Source: Candidatus Latescibacterota bacterium
Lineage (GTDB): Bacteria; Latescibacterota; UBA2968; UBA8231
NCBI GenBank assembly: GCA_965248265.1
Contig: CBDFJF010000001.1
Span: 2,144,001-2,208,000, forward strand
Direction: 5' to 3'
Length of the DNA: 64,000 bases
How positions within the stretch are numbered: the first letter of the stretch is position 1; every line of letters starts with the position of its first letter. Shown piece by piece: positions 56,055-64,000 of the stretch. Below the pieces are notes generated by a model, which did not search any database, was not told the origin of the DNA, and saw nothing but the letters and a program-made list of their open reading frames with translations. Position numbers and translations under genes: made by a program.

Positions 56055-59000
56055 ATGGACCCAGGCCACATCTGCGTCAGAGGCGCCCGAGTTCATAACC
56101 TCAAGGACGTCAGTCTCGAACTACCCAAGAACCAGCTGATCTGCTTCACCGGCGTCAGCGGGTCGGGCAAGTCTTCGATGGCGTTTGACACCCTCTATGC
56201 GGAGGGGCAGCGCCGGTACGTGGCGTCGCTGTCAGCCTACGCCCGTCAGTTCCTCGGCCAGATGGAAAAGCCGGATGTCGACCAGATCGAGGGCCTGGCA
56301 CCGACCATCTCCATCTCCCAGAAATCGGGTGGCCACAACCCGCGCTCCACCGTCGGCACGATCACGGAGGTCTACGACTATCTGCGGGTGTTGTTTGCCC
56401 GCTGCGGTACCCCTCACTGCGTGGAGTGTGACAGTGAGATTGGTGCCCAGACCAGGGACCAGATCGTCAGCCGCATCGCCGCCTTGCCGGCCAAGAGTCG
56501 CATCCACGTGATGGCCCCGGTCGTCCAGGAACGCAAGGGCGAATATCATGAACTCTTCGATGACCTGCTCAAGGACGGCTACCTGCGCGTGCGCGTCGAC
56601 GGACAGCAATTCAGTCTGGAGCAACCTCCCGACCTCGACCGCTACAGCCGTCATACGATAGAAGTCGTCATCGACCGCTTGGTCATCAAGCCATCCATCG
56701 GTCCCCGCCTTGAGGAGGCCGTCGATGGAGCCCTGCGCATGGGCGACGGTTCACTGATCGTCCAGGTGGATGAGTCGGCGCAAGACTGGCTGCTAAGCGC
56801 CAACTTCGATTGTCCCTCCTGCGGTATTTCCTACCAGGAACCGACACCGCAGATGTTCTCGTTCAACAATCCGCAGGGAATGTGTCCGGATTGCGGTGGC
56901 CTCGGCAGCAAGGTGGTGATGAGTGAACGCTTGATCGTTCCGGATGAAAGCAAATCCATCATGGCCGGCGCCGTGGAGCCCCTCGGTAACGTCACCAGCA
57001 ATCGGTGGCGTCTCCATCTCTACGAAGGCATTGCCGAGCACCTTGGATTCTCCCTCGACACCCCGTGGAAGAAGCTGTCCCGCGAGCACCGAGACCGTTT
57101 TCTGCATGGAATGGGCGCCGAGAAGATCGAGTTCACCTACACCAACCAGAACGGCTATTCCTGGAGTCACAACGACCGCTACGACGGGGCGTTGCAGTAC
57201 CTGGAGGAGCGTTTTCACTCCTCCAACGCGAGGGCGCGTCGCGAGCTTGCCGGCTACGCGCGTTCCGAAATTTGTCCCACCTGCACTGGCGGACGACTGA
57301 AGAAGCAGGCTCTGGCTGTCACCATCGATGGAGAGCCACTGCCACGGTTGACGGGACTGTCGATCGAGCGCTGCCGGCACTTTTTCGACCAGCTGGAGCT
57401 TGATGGCAACAAGGCCCTGATCGCCGAGGACGCCCTCAAGGAGATCCGCGGACGCCTTGCGCTGCTCGTCGACATCGGCCTCAGTTACCTGACCCTGGAC
57501 CGGGGCGCCCACACCCTCTCGGGTGGCGAGTCGCAACGGATCCGCCTGGCCAGCCAGATCGGCTCGGGTCTGGTCGGCGTGCTCTACGTACTGGACGAGC
57601 CTTCTATCGGATTACACAATCGAGATAATCAGAAGCTGCTCGGCACCTTGCGGCGGCTGCGCGACGTCGGCAACACCGTCGTCGTCGTCGAGCACGATGA
57701 AGACACCATGCGCCAGGCCGATCTCCTCGTCGATTTCGGGCCAGGGGCCGGGGATCGCGGCGGCCATCTGGTCACCAGCGGGACTCCGGAGGAGGTCACC
57801 CAATGCCGCGAGTCGCAAACCGCCAGCTACCTGACGGGCGAGTCGCGCATCGAGATCCCAAGCCAGCGCCGCACCCTGCAACCCGATCGCTTCCTCACCG
57901 TGGTCGGGGCTCGGCACAATAACCTCAAGGACCTCACCGTACGCCTGCCCCTGTCCGTTTTCACCTGTGTGACCGGAGTGTCTGGATCGGGAAAGAGTTC
58001 ACTCGTCAACGACATCCTCTTCAAAGCCCTCGATCGCGATCTCCACAACGCCTTGACCGAACCGGGCGACCACGACGATATCCAGAACGTGGAGCACCTC
58101 GACAAGGTAATCCGCATCGACCAGAAGCCGATCGGGCGCACACCCCGTTCCAACCCGGCGACCTACACCGATGCCCTGACACCGATTCGGCAGTTGTTCG
58201 CGCAGCTGCCCGATGCTCGCCTCCGGGGATACAAGCAAGGTCGCTTCAGCTTCAATGTCGCCGGGGGACGCTGCGAAGCCTGCGACGGCAATGGTGCCAA
58301 TCTGGTGCAAATGGAGTTCCTCGCGGATGTCTGGGTTACCTGCGAAATCTGTGAAGGCCGGCGCTTCAACCGCGAGACCCTGACCATCAAGTTCAGGGAT
58401 CACTCGATCGCCGACATCCTCAATCTTGAGGTCGAAGAGGCTACGACACTGTTCGAGAATGTCCCCCACGTGAAGCGCGTGCTGCAGACTCTGTGCGACG
58501 TCGGACTCGGCTACATCAAGCTCGGACAACCAGCCCCCACCCTCTCCGGAGGCGAAGCGCAACGAGTGAAGCTGGCCAAGGAGCTATGCCGTGCCAGCAC
58601 CGGCCGCACCCTCTACCTGCTGGACGAACCGACAACTGGTCTACACTTCTCCGACATCGAGAAACTGCTACGCATCTTGCACACCTTCGTCGACCAGGGG
58701 AATACCGTCGTCGTTATCGAGCATAACATGGAGGTGATCAAGACCGCCGATCACCTCATCGATATGGGACCCGAAGGAGGCGAGGAGGGAGGCCTGGTGC
58801 TGGCCTCGGGCACACCCGAAGAGATCGCCGCCGTCCCCGGGTCGCACACCGGCCAGGCTCTGGTCTCAGCACTCGCCCCCGCGACATCCCGCAAGGCCGC
58901 CGCCAGGAAAAAACGCACCGGGCACACCAACGAGAAACCAAAAGCAGGTGGCAACGGATCCAATGGGAGCAATGGCTGGATCCGTGAAATCGAGGTCGTG

Positions 59001-61796
59001 GGAGCTCGCATGCACAACCTGCGTGACGTCGACGTCCGCATTCCACGGGACCAGATGACGGTCGTTTCCGGGGTCAGCGGCTCGGGCAAATCATCCCTCG
59101 CTTTTGATACGATTTATGCCGAGGGCCAGCGGCGTTATGTCGAATCCCTGTCGGCCTATGCGCGTCAGTTCCTGGCCCAGATGCAGAAACCGAAGGTCGA
59201 ACGCATCACCGGTCTATCGCCGGCCGTGGCCATCGAGCAGAAGAGCCCCAGTAAGAATCCGCGATCCACTGTCGGTACCATCACCGAGGTCAGCGATTAC
59301 ATCCGCGCCCTGTACGCGACCATCGGCGTCCAGCATTGTCCTCGCTGCGCCGTGCCGGTGGGAGCCCAGACGGTCCAGCACATGGTGGATCGTATTCTGC
59401 ACGAACCGGAGCGCCGCGTCATGGTGCTGGCCCCACTGGAACCGGTGCGCAACGAGGGCTACGAGGCCCTGTTGGCGCGTGCGCGCCGCGACGGCTTCGG
59501 CCGCGTCCGCATCGACGGCGAACTGCACGAGTTGAGCGAAGAGGACGTACAACTGGAGCGCCGGCATCGCCATCGGGTCGAAGTCGTCGTCGACCGCATC
59601 ATCGTCCGCCGGCGCGAACGGGCTCGTATTGCCGAGGCCGTGGAGCGTGCCCTGGAGCTGTCTGGTGGCGAGATAGTCATTGCCTCGATGGATGATGATT
59701 CGCAAACCTCACGCGAGGCTTCACAAGTGGAACGCTTCAGCCGGCGCTTTTCCTGTCCTTCTTGCGGTACCGGATTCGATGCCCTGGTCCCCCAGAGTTT
59801 CTCCTTCAATCACCGCGAGGGGATGTGTGAGATCTGCGAGGGACTCGGAGTCGGCGAAGGGGTGGACCGCGAGCTGTTGCTGCCCAACCGCCGCGTCTCC
59901 GTCCGTGACGGCGCGATTTCGGTTTGGGGTCCGATCGAGTCCGGTCGTTTCGGCGACTACCTGGAGGCCTGCGGCAGCGCCTTGGGATTCGATCTGGATA
60001 CCCCCATTGCCGAGCTGTCCACCGAAGGACAGCAGGCACTCCTCTACGGGGCTCCGGATCACTCCATCGAGATCGGCGGCGGCCTGCACCTGCGCTTCGC
60101 CGGGGTTTTTCCGACCGTTGACGAGTGCGCCCGTCACCACGTGAACCTCAAGAGTATGATGCAGGATGTGGCGTGCTCGGCGTGCCAGGGCAGTCGCCTG
60201 AAACCGGAGAGCCGCGCCGTCCACCTGCGCGAGCACACGATCGTCCAGTTGTTGTCGCAGCCGATCAGCGAGTGCCAGGCGTTTTTCGACCGCCTCGAGC
60301 TCGACGCCAAGGAGCAGGAAACCTCAGGCGAATTGCTCGGTGAGATCCGCAGCCGCCTGCATTTCCTCAACCGCGTTGGCCTCGGTTACATCTCACTGGA
60401 TCGACGCGCCGCCACACTTTCAGGTGGAGAGGCCCAACGCATCCGCCTCGCTGGCCAAATCGGCTCGGGGCTTACCGGCGTCCTTTACCTGTTGGATGAG
60501 CCCACCATCGGGCTTCATCCGCGGGACAACCGGCGACTCCTCGACGCGCTCGAGGAGCTCAAACAGCTCGGTAACACCGTGGTCATGGTGGAACACGACA
60601 GGGAAACGCTGGAAGCTGCCGACCATCTCATAGACCTGGGCCCCGGCGCAGGCACGGAGGGCGGGCACGTCGTCGCCAGCGGTCCGCCCGCCAAGGTGGC
60701 GAAGGCTCGCACGCGCACGGGGCAGTCGCTTACCGTCGACTACCTGCGGGGCAAGCTGAGCATTCCTTTGCCCAAGTCGCGCCGGCGACTGACCCGCGAC
60801 CATGAGATCCGCGTCATCGGCGCACGCCAGAACAACCTCAAGAATATCGATGTCGCTTTCCCTCTCGGGTTGATGATATGCGTCACCGGCGTCTCGGGGT
60901 CGGGCAAGAGCTCTCTGGTCGAGGAGGTTCTTCACAAGGGGCTGGCGTCAGCGTTGCAGCGCTCAAAGGGAGGCACCGGCGGGGGCGAGTATGATGAGAT
61001 CCGGGGTTTGGACCTGGTCGACAAAGTCATAAACATCGATCAAGCTCCGATCGGTCACTCGCCGCGCAGCACCCCGGCCACCGTCATGGGTGTCTTCGAT
61101 CAGGTCCGACAGCTCTTCGCCCGTCTGCCGGAAGCGTTGGTGCGTGGTTTCAAACCGGGTCGCTTCAGCTTCAATCGGGCTGGCGGACGTTGTGAGTCGT
61201 GTGAAGGTCTGGGATCGCGATGCATCGAGATGCACTTTCTGCCGGATGTCTGGGTGCGATGCGAAGCCTGCATGGGCCAGCGTTACGCCAACGAAATTCT
61301 CCAGGTCCGCTTCAAAGGCCACTCCATTGCCGCCGTCCTGGAGATGACGGTGAGCTCAAACCTGAAACTGTTCGCCAACGTCAACGGCGTTCGTGAACGC
61401 CTGCAGGTGATGGAGGATGTCGGTCTCGGCTACATGTCACTGGGTCAGTCTTCGACCACGCTCTCGGGGGGTGAAGCGCAACGACTGAAGCTGGCGGCGG
61501 AGCTGGCGCGGCCGGACACCGGCAACACCTTCTACATCATGGACGAGCCTACGACGGGGTTGCATTTCGCCGACATCCAGAAACTATTGCTCGTCGTCGA
61601 GCGTCTCGTCCAGGGTGGCAACACCGTCGTCATCGTCGAGCACAACATCGATGTCATCAAAACAGCCGACCATGTCATCGACATGGGTCCCGAAGGCGGC
61701 GATGCCGGCGGCCGCATCGTCACCAGCGGCACGCCGGAAAAGGTCGCGCGCAGCAAGCGCTCGCACACCGGTAAGATCCTGAGTGAAATCCTGTGA
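56055..61796 (+). CDS. uvrA: Excinuclease ABC subunit A, double-length tandem form
   Basis: Four Walker A motifs (GVSGSGKSS), four LSGGE and DEP motifs, UvrA zinc fingers twice, joined by a linker at about 58860-58980. Confidence 0.95.
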   Translation: MDPGHICVRGARVHNLKDVSLELPKNQLICFTGVSGSGKSSMAFDTLYAEGQRRYVASLSAYARQFLGQMEKPDVDQIEGLAPTISISQKSGGHNPRSTVGTITEVYDYLRVLFARCGTPHCVECDSEIGAQTRDQIVSRIAALPAKSRIHVMAPVVQERKGEYHELFDDLLKDGYLRVRVDGQQFSLEQPPDLDRYSRHTIEVVIDRLVIKPSIGPRLEEAVDGALRMGDGSLIVQVDESAQDWLLSANFDCPSCGISYQEPTPQMFSFNNPQGMCPDCGGLGSKVVMSERLIVPDESKSIMAGAVEPLGNVTSNRWRLHLYEGIAEHLGFSLDTPWKKLSREHRDRFLHGMGAEKIEFTYTNQNGYSWSHNDRYDGALQYLEERFHSSNARARRELAGYARSEICPTCTGGRLKKQALAVTIDGEPLPRLTGLSIERCRHFFDQLELDGNKALIAEDALKEIRGRLALLVDIGLSYLTLDRGAHTLSGGESQRIRLASQIGSGLVGVLYVLDEPSIGLHNRDNQKLLGTLRRLRDVGNTVVVVEHDEDTMRQADLLVDFGPGAGDRGGHLVTSGTPEEVTQCRESQTASYLTGESRIEIPSQRRTLQPDRFLTVVGARHNNLKDLTVRLPLSVFTCVTGVSGSGKSSLVNDILFKALDRDLHNALTEPGDHDDIQNVEHLDKVIRIDQKPIGRTPRSNPATYTDALTPIRQLFAQLPDARLRGYKQGRFSFNVAGGRCEACDGNGANLVQMEFLADVWVTCEICEGRRFNRETLTIKFRDHSIADILNLEVEEATTLFENVPHVKRVLQTLCDVGLGYIKLGQPAPTLSGGEAQRVKLAKELCRASTGRTLYLLDEPTTGLHFSDIEKLLRILHTFVDQGNTVVVIEHNMEVIKTADHLIDMGPEGGEEGGLVLASGTPEEIAAVPGSHTGQALVSALAPATSRKAAARKKRTGHTNEKPKAGGNGSNGSNGWIREIEVVGARMHNLRDVDVRIPRDQMTVVSGVSGSGKSSLAFDTIYAEGQRRYVESLSAYARQFLAQMQKPKVERITGLSPAVAIEQKSPSKNPRSTVGTITEVSDYIRALYATIGVQHCPRCAVPVGAQTVQHMVDRILHEPERRVMVLAPLEPVRNEGYEALLARARRDGFGRVRIDGELHELSEEDVQLERRHRHRVEVVVDRIIVRRRERARIAEAVERALELSGGEIVIASMDDDSQTSREASQVERFSRRFSCPSCGTGFDALVPQSFSFNHREGMCEICEGLGVGEGVDRELLLPNRRVSVRDGAISVWGPIESGRFGDYLEACGSALGFDLDTPIAELSTEGQQALLYGAPDHSIEIGGGLHLRFAGVFPTVDECARHHVNLKSMMQDVACSACQGSRLKPESRAVHLREHTIVQLLSQPISECQAFFDRLELDAKEQETSGELLGEIRSRLHFLNRVGLGYISLDRRAATLSGGEAQRIRLAGQIGSGLTGVLYLLDEPTIGLHPRDNRRLLDALEELKQLGNTVVMVEHDRETLEAADHLIDLGPGAGTEGGHVVASGPPAKVAKARTRTGQSLTVDYLRGKLSIPLPKSRRRLTRDHEIRVIGARQNNLKNIDVAFPLGLMICVTGVSGSGKSSLVEEVLHKGLASALQRSKGGTGGGEYDEIRGLDLVDKVINIDQAPIGHSPRSTPATVMGVFDQVRQLFARLPEALVRGFKPGRFSFNRAGGRCESCEGLGSRCIEMHFLPDVWVRCEACMGQRYANEILQVRFKGHSIAAVLEMTVSSNLKLFANVNGVRERLQVMEDVGLGYMSLGQSSTTLSGGEAQRLKLAAELARPDTGNTFYIMDEPTTGLHFADIQKLLLVVERLVQGGNTVVIVEHNIDVIKTADHVIDMGPEGGDAGGRIVTSGTPEKVARSKRSHTGKILSEIL

Positions 61797-62479
61797 ACCT
61801 GCCGTCTCTGTCGCATCGCGCGTTCTTCGGGTTTTCCTTTGACTGCCACTACCGGGAAGAAGCCCCCCGCATCGACGCTGACCTCAAGGATTGGGAGCCC
61901 GAGTTGCGCGTGCCCGAGCTCTCCGGCATCGATGGCGGTCCGGCTGCGTTCGGCGAGCTCAGCATGGCCTGGAATGACGATGGCCTGTATTTCGCCCTCG
62001 AGGTCAAGGGCGGCAAGCCGGGCGGCAAGACGGGGTACAAAATCGACCCACGCAAGTACTGGCAGGGAGATTGTCTTGAAATGTGGATCGACACCCGTGA
62101 TGTCAAGGATGCCCACAGGGCCAACCGGTTTTGCCATCACTTCATCTTTTTGCCGGGAGGACAGGGCCGTGACGGCAAGAGTCCTATCGGACGCCAGACC
62201 TCCATCGACAAAGCCCGCGAGCAGGCCCCACCCTGTCCCGAGGAACTCATCCAGGTCGCGCTCAAACGCCTCAAACGCAGCTATCGCATGGAAATGCACC
62301 TGCCGGCGCCCGGCCTCAACGGTTTTCAACCACGCGAGTTCCAGCGCCTCGGTTTCAACTACATCCTCCACGACAGCGACCTGGGTGCACAGTCATGGTC
62401 AGTCAGTCGCGGCGCCATTCCACTTGTCCATGATCCCAGCACCTGGGGCAGCGTCGAACTGCTTTCGATAAATCCGTAA
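61793..62479 (+). CDS. DOMON/CBM9-like domain protein
   Basis: IDADLKDW, MAWNDDGLYFALEV, WQGDCLEMWID, LGFNY; GTGA overlap with uvrA. Confidence 0.7.
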   Translation: MNLPSLSHRAFFGFSFDCHYREEAPRIDADLKDWEPELRVPELSGIDGGPAAFGELSMAWNDDGLYFALEVKGGKPGGKTGYKIDPRKYWQGDCLEMWIDTRDVKDAHRANRFCHHFIFLPGGQGRDGKSPIGRQTSIDKAREQAPPCPEELIQVALKRLKRSYRMEMHLPAPGLNGFQPREFQRLGFNYILHDSDLGAQSWSVSRGAIPLVHDPSTWGSVELLSINP

Positions 62480-62565
62480 CAGCCTTAGATTTGGAGCGCC
62501 CTCCCTGAGCCAGCATTACCATCCTCCGCATCTCGAATTCGACCTTGGAAACATACCGTAGCACG

Positions 62566-64000
62566 ATGCTCCATCGCCTAATCGGGATAGGCGTATTCCT
62601 CCTGGTCCTCGTCCTGTTCATCAAGACGATGGCGCCGTCGGTCTCGTTCTGGGACACGGGGGAATTCATCGCCTGCTCCTACATCCTCGGCGTCCCGCAT
62701 CCACCCGGGGCCCCCCTCTACATACTACTGGGGCGCGTATTCACGCTGTTGCCTATCAGCGAAGTGGCGTGGCGCGTCGTGTTCATGTCCGTGCTCACCT
62801 CAGCCGGGGCCATCTGGTGCACCTATCTGAGTTCGGTCGTCCTGATCCGCCGGTCCCTGGGAGGCCATGCCCTCAAGCCGTTCGGCGATGATCGCGACAT
62901 CAGCGTCATCACCGGAGCTGTCGTGGCTTCCCTATCGCTCGCGTTCTCTTACACCTTCTGGTTCAATGCCACCGAGGCCGAGGTTTACGGTTATTCCATT
63001 CTGTTCGCCTGCCTGGGGTTCTGGCTCGTCCTCTACTGGGACGGCACCCAGCACGGCAGCTCCAACGACCGCTGGCTGTACTTTCTCGCCTACCTTTTCG
63101 GTCTGGGCGGCGGCATCCACCTGCTGTGCCTGCTGACCGTACCAGCCCTGTTGATCCTGGCCTGGTTTGCCGACAAGGAATTGCGCCGGCTGGTACTGAT
63201 CGGAGTGGGCGGCGGACTGGTCGGCCTGGCCTACATCTCCCTGTTCGCGCAATACCCTCCGTCGGCGAAGTTCATCGGTCTGCTCGCCCTGGCCGCCGCC
63301 GCCGTGCTCCTGGCATATGCCTGGCGCCTGCGGGAGGATTTGCGACCGACGGTGAAAATTCTGGCCGGCCTCGGCGTCGTCACCCTGTTTATGGGCTTGC
63401 TGTCGGTTGGGGTCCCTCAGTTCATCACGCTCAGCAAGATCATTCCCGTGGCGGGCGCTGTCCTCATCGTACGTGAACTCTACCTGCGCGATAGGCGTGC
63501 ACTCAATCTGTCCCTGGGCTTTGGTATCCTCTTCGCCATTGGCTACTCGACCTATCTCGCCCTGCTGATTCGTTCCGGCCTCGACCCGGCCATCGACGAG
63601 AACGACCCGGAAACCTGGGCCGCGTTCATGAGTTTCCTGAACCGCGAGCAGTACGGCACCGACAGCATGCTGTTGATGATCCTGGAGCCGCGTGCTTCTC
63701 GTGTCTATCAGTTGTGGGACCAGCAGTTCAAGTATTTCTTCCAGCAGTTTCCCTTCCAGCTGGGGACCTTCTGGGCGCAGTTCCGCTGGGCAACCGAGAA
63801 CCTGCCGCACCACATCTCCATATCGGTGTTCCCCTACCTGTTGGGTCTGTTTGGCCTGATCTGGCACGCTGTCCGCGACGTGCGCCGCTTCCTCGCCATC
63901 GCCGCCCTGTTCGTGGTGATGGGTTTCGGCCTGTCGCTGTACCTGAATATGCCCGACCCGCAACCGCGCGAGCGGCATTACGTGTTCGGCGGCATGTTCT
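62566..64000 (+). CDS. DUF2723 (TMEM260-like GT-C) polytopic membrane protein, 3' end outside window
   Basis: Manual translation from ATG 62566: TMAPSVSFWDTGEFIACSYILGVPHPPGAPLYILLGR, FWFNATEAEVY, LNREQYG, QPRERHYVF. Confidence 0.9.
   Translation, partial: MLHRLIGIGVFLLVLVLFIKTMAPSVSFWDTGEFIACSYILGVPHPPGAPLYILLGRVFTLLPISEVAWRVVFMSVLTSAGAIWCTYLSSVVLIRRSLGGHALKPFGDDRDISVITGAVVASLSLAFSYTFWFNATEAEVYGYSILFACLGFWLVLYWDGTQHGSSNDRWLYFLAYLFGLGGGIHLLCLLTVPALLILAWFADKELRRLVLIGVGGGLVGLAYISLFAQYPPSAKFIGLLALAAAAVLLAYAWRLREDLRPTVKILAGLGVVTLFMGLLSVGVPQFITLSKIIPVAGAVLIVRELYLRDRRALNLSLGFGILFAIGYSTYLALLIRSGLDPAIDENDPETWAAFMSFLNREQYGTDSMLLMILEPRASRVYQLWDQQFKYFFQQFPFQLGTFWAQFRWATENLPHHISISVFPYLLGLFGLIWHAVRDVRRFLAIAALFVVMGFGLSLYLNMPDPQPRERHYVFGGMF

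Noticed and set aside
62932-63978. 348-aa minus-strand ORF
   Set aside because: Antisense to the DUF2723 gene, which the ORF track missed because it has no stop in the window.

Overview
GC-rich bacterial chromosomal window with about 50 densely packed genes and no rRNA, tRNA, CRISPR array, transposase or integrase that I could see. Gene content (TonB receptors, DUF2723 protein, double-length UvrA, long SppA, FapA-like protein) would fit an uncultured FCB-related lineage such as Latescibacterota, but that is inference only. Housekeeping genes include ettA, selB, a Sua5/YciO-type gene, thpR, uvrA and prkA-yeaH-spoVR. There are two signalling regions, a cobalamin-riboswitch-controlled BtuB-like uptake locus and a four-gene type III PKS operon. 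Best leads: (1) the PKS operon begins with a UbiA prenyltransferase fused to a Coq10-like START/SRPBCC domain, suggesting a polyketide-derived prenyl-quinone or meroterpenoid pathway; (2) a B12-locus lipoprotein that looks circularly permuted, with a fossil of its original 3' end just downstream; (3) tandem cNMP-REC paralogs differing at the Ala/Thr cAMP/cGMP selectivity position, next to a CpdA-like phosphoesterase; (4) a candidate GGA-rich sRNA with paired operator-like repeats beside a NarL-type two-component system; (5) a nested palindromic element with 21-bp direct repeats flanking one gene; (6) an internally deleted SDR gene; (7) thpR lacking any canonical start codon; (8) a Tat-motif RG-rich micro-protein. 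All product calls come from motif recognition by eye, not database searches.
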